Origin: an uncultured Acidimicrobiia bacterium
GTDB taxonomy: Bacteria; Actinomycetota; Acidimicrobiia; Acidimicrobiales; CAIXPF01
Direction of reading: 5' to 3'
Assembly (NCBI GenBank): GCA_903921205.1
Contig: CAIXPF010000139.1
Span: 7,733 to 71,732 of the forward strand
DNA: 64,000 bases
Under the pieces are notes generated by a model, which saw nothing but the letters and a program-made list of their open reading frames with translations, had not been told where the DNA came from and ran no database searches. This document shows positions 60,030 to 64,000 of this stretch, in pieces; within the stretch, counting starts at the first letter, position 1; every line of letters begins with the position of its first letter. The position numbers and the translations under genes were made by a program.

Positions 60030-60299
60030 ATGACCAAGGTATGGATCGATCAAGATCTCTGCACCGGTGACGGACTTTGCGCCGAGATCTGCCCTGACGT
60101 GTTCTTCGGGCAGGACGACGGCCTGTACTACGTGAAGGAGTCGGCCGGGAACTACGGCTCGGAGACCCTGTTCGACGGCAAGGGCAACTCCGCCGGCGCC
60201 AACGGCCAGGCCCGGGTGCCCGACGGTCTGCTCGACAGCGTGATCGAAGCCGCTGAAGAGTGCCCCGGCGAGTGCATCTTCATCGAGGTCGACGCCTGA
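60030..60299 (+). CDS. small single-cluster ferredoxin
   Basis: 89 aa. CTGDGLCAEICP near the N-terminus and CPGEC near the C-terminus. GAAGGA upstream. Confidence 0.85.
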   Translation: MTKVWIDQDLCTGDGLCAEICPDVFFGQDDGLYYVKESAGNYGSETLFDGKGNSAGANGQARVPDGLLDSVIEAAEECPGECIFIEVDA

Positions 60300-60310
60300 T
60301 CGGACGCTGA

Positions 60311-61042
60311 GTGACGAACTCGGATTCTGCTGCGGCCCCCTCCACGGAGGGGGCCGTCGCGCGTGTGCGTGCCGCCGGAACGGCCAGCCGTCAGCGGCTC
60401 GCCGAGCTGATCGAGACCACGCTGAACCGGATCTTCGACGCCCCGCTCGACATCCGCAACGGCGTCGAGGCGTTGCGGGCCATCGACCCGACCAACGATG
60501 CCGCTGTTGCCCAGGGTGCAGTCCGTAAGGCGGCCGAGTGGGGTGCGGCCCGGGCCGTCGCCAAGGTCGGGGCCCGCTACGGCTCGAAGGCGGCCAGCCG
60601 GATGGTCATCCCGCTCACCGTCGCCATGGAGTTCGGCCTCAACGCGCGTGACGGGCTGCGCGAGCTGCAGGTCCTGGCCAGCTTGCTGGTTGGCAGGTTG
60701 CGGGCCGAGGGCTATCCGGTCGAGCCGGAGTTGGTGCGTCGCACGGTGCTCGCCGTCTATCTGGAGCCTGGGAACCGACCCGATCTGCGGATCCCGTTGC
60801 ACCGCCGGACGCTGCACCTGGCCCGACGCTGGACCTTCAACACCCTGCCGCTCACCGGCCGCCATCAGGCGAGCCTGGTCCGCCGTCGGGTCGACACCAT
60901 GGCCGGGCTGTACCTGTCGGTTCTGTTGGAGGACTGGGCGCGGGTGTGCGCCATCGAGACCTCGCTGGTCCCACCTCGGCAGATGCTCGAGGGCCGGATC
61001 GCCGACCCCGGCTCCGCCGGCTCGGCCTCACCGACCCACTGA
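60311..61042 (+). CDS. hypothetical protein co-oriented with the ferredoxin
   Basis: 243-aa ORF starting (GTG) 11 nt after the ferredoxin stop. Coding-like GC3. No recognisable motif. Confidence 0.55.
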   Translation: MTNSDSAAAPSTEGAVARVRAAGTASRQRLAELIETTLNRIFDAPLDIRNGVEALRAIDPTNDAAVAQGAVRKAAEWGAARAVAKVGARYGSKAASRMVIPLTVAMEFGLNARDGLRELQVLASLLVGRLRAEGYPVEPELVRRTVLAVYLEPGNRPDLRIPLHRRTLHLARRWTFNTLPLTGRHQASLVRRRVDTMAGLYLSVLLEDWARVCAIETSLVPPRQMLEGRIADPGSAGSASPTH

Positions 61043-61154
61043 GCGCGAGCCGGCCGGGCGCGCACCGACCGGCCCCGGTGCCGGTCGAACGGACCGGGGT
61101 GCCGGATCGTGCAGGCACGACCCGGGCGACCCGGCAGCCGGTTTCGCGCCGGGT

Positions 61155-62117
61155 TCAGTCGTCGAAGCCCACGCAGGCACGGCAGGCGATCTCCTCGCCG
61201 TGGCGCAGCTCGGCGAGTTCCCGGTCCTCGTCGGACTGGTACTGCGGCGTGTCGAAGCGTTCCGTCCGGCTGTCGGAACGGGGCGCGCCCCGGTCGGCCT
61301 TCGACTTCGGTGCGGTACGGCTGTCGCCGCGCATGGGGTCGGCCCGCCAGGCATCGTCACCCCAGTGCAGACCGAGGTCGACGATGGTGCCGGCGACGGT
61401 CGCCTCCTCGAAGGCGGTGAAGGCCGCCTCGAGCAGCGCCCGTTGGCCGGTCGGGTCGTGGGGTTGGCCGGTGGTATGGCCGAGCGGGTAATCCACGAAG
61501 GCCGCTCGGGGCGGGTTGACCGCCGCGGTGATCGACCAGGCGGAGGTCATGCTCAGCGTGGGGATGCCGGCGGCTTCGAGCGCTCGTGCGATCAGACCGA
61601 TCGACTGGTGGCAGACCGGTCAAACGGGCACGAGCAGCACGGCGTCGGCGCCCTGGCTGGTCATGCGTTCGACCAGCGCCGGCGCGAGCTCCTCCCGGAC
61701 CCGCCGCGCCGAGTAGATGCCGCCCATGAACGTGTAGCACTCGTCGGTCAGGCCTCCGAGCCGGCCGTCGGCCACCATGGCTCGCAGGGTGTCGATGGGG
61801 AACACCACGTTGATGTCGGAGCGGGCGTCGCGGGTGTCGTAGGCGAAGTGCGTGGCGCGAAGCTCGTCGGTGGGCACGTCGCTGGAGATCACCCGGTAGG
61901 ACGCATCGTCGCGGTAATGGAAGGCGATCTGGCCGCGGCGATAGACGCCGCCCGAGGCGATCAGGCCGATCCGGCAGTCCGACAACGGCTTGGTCAACGG
62001 GGTCCACGGCGGTGGTTCCTCACTGTGGACCCAGCCATACGGGGGGTAGCCCAGCGAGTCGTACGTGCGCCGGGTGACCTCGATGTAGTCGACGGGAGTT
62101 GCCTCGTTGGCGTTCAC
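61155..62117 (-). CDS. GrdB-family (glycine/sarcosine/betaine/proline reductase B-like) protein with in-frame TGA at 61620-61622; probable selenoprotein
   Basis: ORFs 61620..62894 and 61155..61550 share one frame and are separated only by TGA. Read-through gives ...GADAVLLVPV-U-PVCHQSIGLIARALEAAGIPTLSM..., a U-x-x-C motif. A SECIS-like hairpin follows. N-terminal start proposed at GTG 62115-62117 (uncertain). Confidence 0.7.
61588..61605 (-). ncRNA. candidate bacterial SECIS apical hairpin
   Basis: The minus strand reads G-[U]-CGAUC-GGUCU-GAUCG-C, starting 15 nt after the A of UGA. It has a 5-bp stem, a bulged U below it closed by G-C, and a loop beginning GGUC. This is the same layout I recall for E. 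coli fdhF SECIS. Confidence 0.5.
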
Positions 62118-62138
62118 GGCATGGCAGGCTAGACCGCT

Positions 62139-63794
62139 ATGGCCGACCCCGTTGCCCTGCTTCCCGGTGAAGGGGTCAGCCTGGCGGACATCGAGGCGGT
62201 GCTCCTCGGCCCGCTGGCCTGTCACCGCAGCGGGGGAGGGTCGCTGGAGCGGACCTACTACGACACCTTCGACGGCCGGGTCTTCCGGGCGGGGATGGTC
62301 GTCGAGCACGAGCGCATCGACGGCCGGCGCTGGTTGCGGGTGCGTCGTCTCGGTGAGACCGCAGCGCTGGCACAGGCGGCACTGCCCCAGGTCCCGGCGC
62401 GGGTGTCGGCGCTCGCCGATCGGCGCCTGCGCGAGCTGCTGACCCCGGTCGTGGGCGAACGCGCCCTGGTGCCGGTGGTGGCCACCGAGGGCGAGGTGGT
62501 GCGGTTCGCGCCACTCGACGAGTTCGACAAGAGCACGGTGCGCGTCTCGGTGGTGGTCGGTTCCGCCCGGGCGGTCGGCCGGTCCCCGAGCCGCAAGCAT
62601 CTGCTCGAGCCGGTGATCACCATCGCGCCGGTGCGAGGCCACGGCCGGGCCCACCGTACGTTGGTGCGGGCGGTGTCCGAACGGCTCGGCCAGCGCCCCG
62701 CAGCCGAGCCGCTGCGCCGGGCCGCCGGCGCGGTGGGGCTCGAACCCGGCATCGATCCGGCAGACCGGTCCGTCGGTCTCGACGCAGGCGCACCGGCCGC
62801 GGACGCCGTGACGGCGTTGCTGACCCGTCACGCCGCCGTGCTCGAGGCGGTCCTGCCGGGCATGCGCACCCGCCTCGACGACGAGTTCCTCCACGACTTC
62901 CGGGTCACCCTGCGTAGTGCCCGGGCCATCGTGGCCGCGGCGGACGGCATCCTCGGTGACGAGCGCCGCAGCGAACTCGCCGCATCGTTGCAGCGGTTCG
63001 GCACGCTGACCTCACCGGTGCGCGACCTCGACGTGCTGCGGGTGCGTTGGGTCGACGACGACGTCCTGTGCCTGTTGGTCCCGGCGCTCGACGCCGAACG
63101 CGAGGTGGCGCACCGGGTCCTGTGCGAGGCGCTCGACGAACCGGCGTTCGCCGCCCTGTTGGCCGCGCTGCGCGCGCCGGTGCCGTCGGCCGGGGTGGCC
63201 GGGGTCGGCGGGGTCGACGAGCCCGGCGTCCCGCCCAGCGCCGCCAGTTGGGCGGCCGAGGTGCTGTCGGCCGAGCTCGATCGCCTGCACCGCAGGGCCC
63301 GGCGGATCCGGCCGGCCGGTGCCCTGCAGGCCGATGACGGTTCCGGCCCCGGGGTCCGGCCGGCGGCATCCTTCGACGAGACCGCGGTGCACGACACGCG
63401 CAAGGCCGCCAAACGCCTGCGCTACCTCCTCGATGCCTTCGGCTCGCTCGACCGTGGCGGGCGCCTGGGCTCCTTGCGGCGGGCCCTGCGCCAGATGCAG
63501 GCCGACCTCGGCGAGTTCCAGGACGCAGTGGTCACCATCGCCGCCATCGAACGGGCCGGGGCACAGCTCGCCGGGTTGACGCCCGAGACGCTCATGGAGC
63601 TCGGTCGTCGGAGTGAGCAGCACCATCACGCCGCCGAGCTCGCCGTGGACCATTTCGTCGAGCACTACCGGGACCTGGCCCGGCGTCGCCGGCATCTCGC
63701 CCATCGCATCGAGGCCCTCGCTGCACCGTCCCGGCCGACGCCCGCATCGACGGTGCGCACGGCCGCCGCACACGCAGGCCGGGTACGACCATGA
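62139..63794 (+). CDS. CYTH-like plus CHAD domain protein
   Basis: N-terminus [17 protein letters not shown]...LRVRR resembles CYTH strands, although no ExExK opening is seen. C-terminal CHAD-type helices with conserved-His blocks ([30 protein letters not shown]). Confidence 0.78.
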   Translation: MADPVALLPGEGVSLADIEAVLLGPLACHRSGGGSLERTYYDTFDGRVFRAGMVVEHERIDGRRWLRVRRLGETAALAQAALPQVPARVSALADRRLRELLTPVVGERALVPVVATEGEVVRFAPLDEFDKSTVRVSVVVGSARAVGRSPSRKHLLEPVITIAPVRGHGRAHRTLVRAVSERLGQRPAAEPLRRAAGAVGLEPGIDPADRSVGLDAGAPAADAVTALLTRHAAVLEAVLPGMRTRLDDEFLHDFRVTLRSARAIVAAADGILGDERRSELAASLQRFGTLTSPVRDLDVLRVRWVDDDVLCLLVPALDAEREVAHRVLCEALDEPAFAALLAALRAPVPSAGVAGVGGVDEPGVPPSAASWAAEVLSAELDRLHRRARRIRPAGALQADDGSGPGVRPAASFDETAVHDTRKAAKRLRYLLDAFGSLDRGGRLGSLRRALRQMQADLGEFQDAVVTIAAIERAGAQLAGLTPETLMELGRRSEQHHHAAELAVDHFVEHYRDLARRRRHLAHRIEALAAPSRPTPASTVRTAAAHAGRVRP

Positions 63795-64000
63795 CCGTCA
63801 TCGCCGTCTACAACAGCAAGGGCGGGGTCGGGAAGACCGCCACGACGGTGAACCTCGGTCACCTGGCGGCACGGCACGGCTACCGGACGCTGGTGTGGGA
63901 CCTCGACCCGCAGGGCGCGGCGACGTACTACTTCCGCATCAAGCACCGTCTCAAGGGCGGTTCCCGGGCTCTGACCACGCAACGCAACCGCATCGGCGAC
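63791..64000 (+). CDS. ParA/MinD-family ATPase (5' partial, runs off the window)
   Basis: [22 protein letters not shown] deviant Walker A and DLDPQGAAT. The ATG overlaps the CHAD gene stop (ATGA). Confidence 0.8.
   Translation, partial: MTVIAVYNSKGGVGKTATTVNLGHLAARHGYRTLVWDLDPQGAATYYFRIKHRLKGGSRALTTQRNRIGD

Noticed and set aside
62118-62894. Upstream extension of ORF 61620..62894 (GrdB-like)
   Set aside because: It is antisense to the CYTH/CHAD gene and is Arg/Gly/His-rich without motifs. Family-like sequence begins near ...NANEATPVDYIEV. The exact start (GTG 62117) remains uncertain because it leaves only 21 bp to the divergent gene.

Overview
High-GC chromosomal origin region with Actinomycetota-type synteny. 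On the minus strand, left of the origin: rpmH-rnpA-yidD-yidC-jag-rsmG-(inserted ORF)-parA-parB. Further left on the minus strand: dnaB, rplI-rpsR-ssb-rpsF, a class A PBP and its DUF5318 partner. A plus-strand block between the PBP and parB holds an Rv3909-like protein, a Ser/Thr kinase, trxB, trxA and a cwlM-like gene. Right of the origin on the plus strand: dnaA-dnaN-recF-DUF721(DciA)-gyrB-gyrA-DUF3566-tRNA-Ile, then housekeeping and accessory genes. These include c-di-GMP signalling, oligopeptidase B and a second type IIA topoisomerase pair. DnaA-box clusters flank dnaA, and oriC is most likely the dnaA-dnaN spacer. One perfect parS lies upstream of trxA. Items worth a second look: (1) two ORFs at 61155-62117 are one GrdB-family gene interrupted by an in-frame TGA, with a U-x-x-C context and an fdhF-like SECIS hairpin, so a likely selenoprotein; (2) a diverged copy of the dnaB 3' end lies 2.1 kb downstream of intact dnaB and brackets a TspO paralog plus a CoA-transferase; (3) a lower-GC free-standing LAGLIDADG ORF is inserted between rsmG and parA, next to a parS whose two half-sites are split by 13 bp; (4) a Tat lipoprotein looks like a degenerate AlaRS catalytic core; (5) DnaA boxes lie upstream of dnaB; (6) a catalytically intact kinase sits where mycobacteria have MurJ-pseudokinase; (7) a CYTH/CHAD gene is translationally coupled to a ParA-like ATPase. 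All calls come from reading the sequence and from recalled family motifs. No searches were run.
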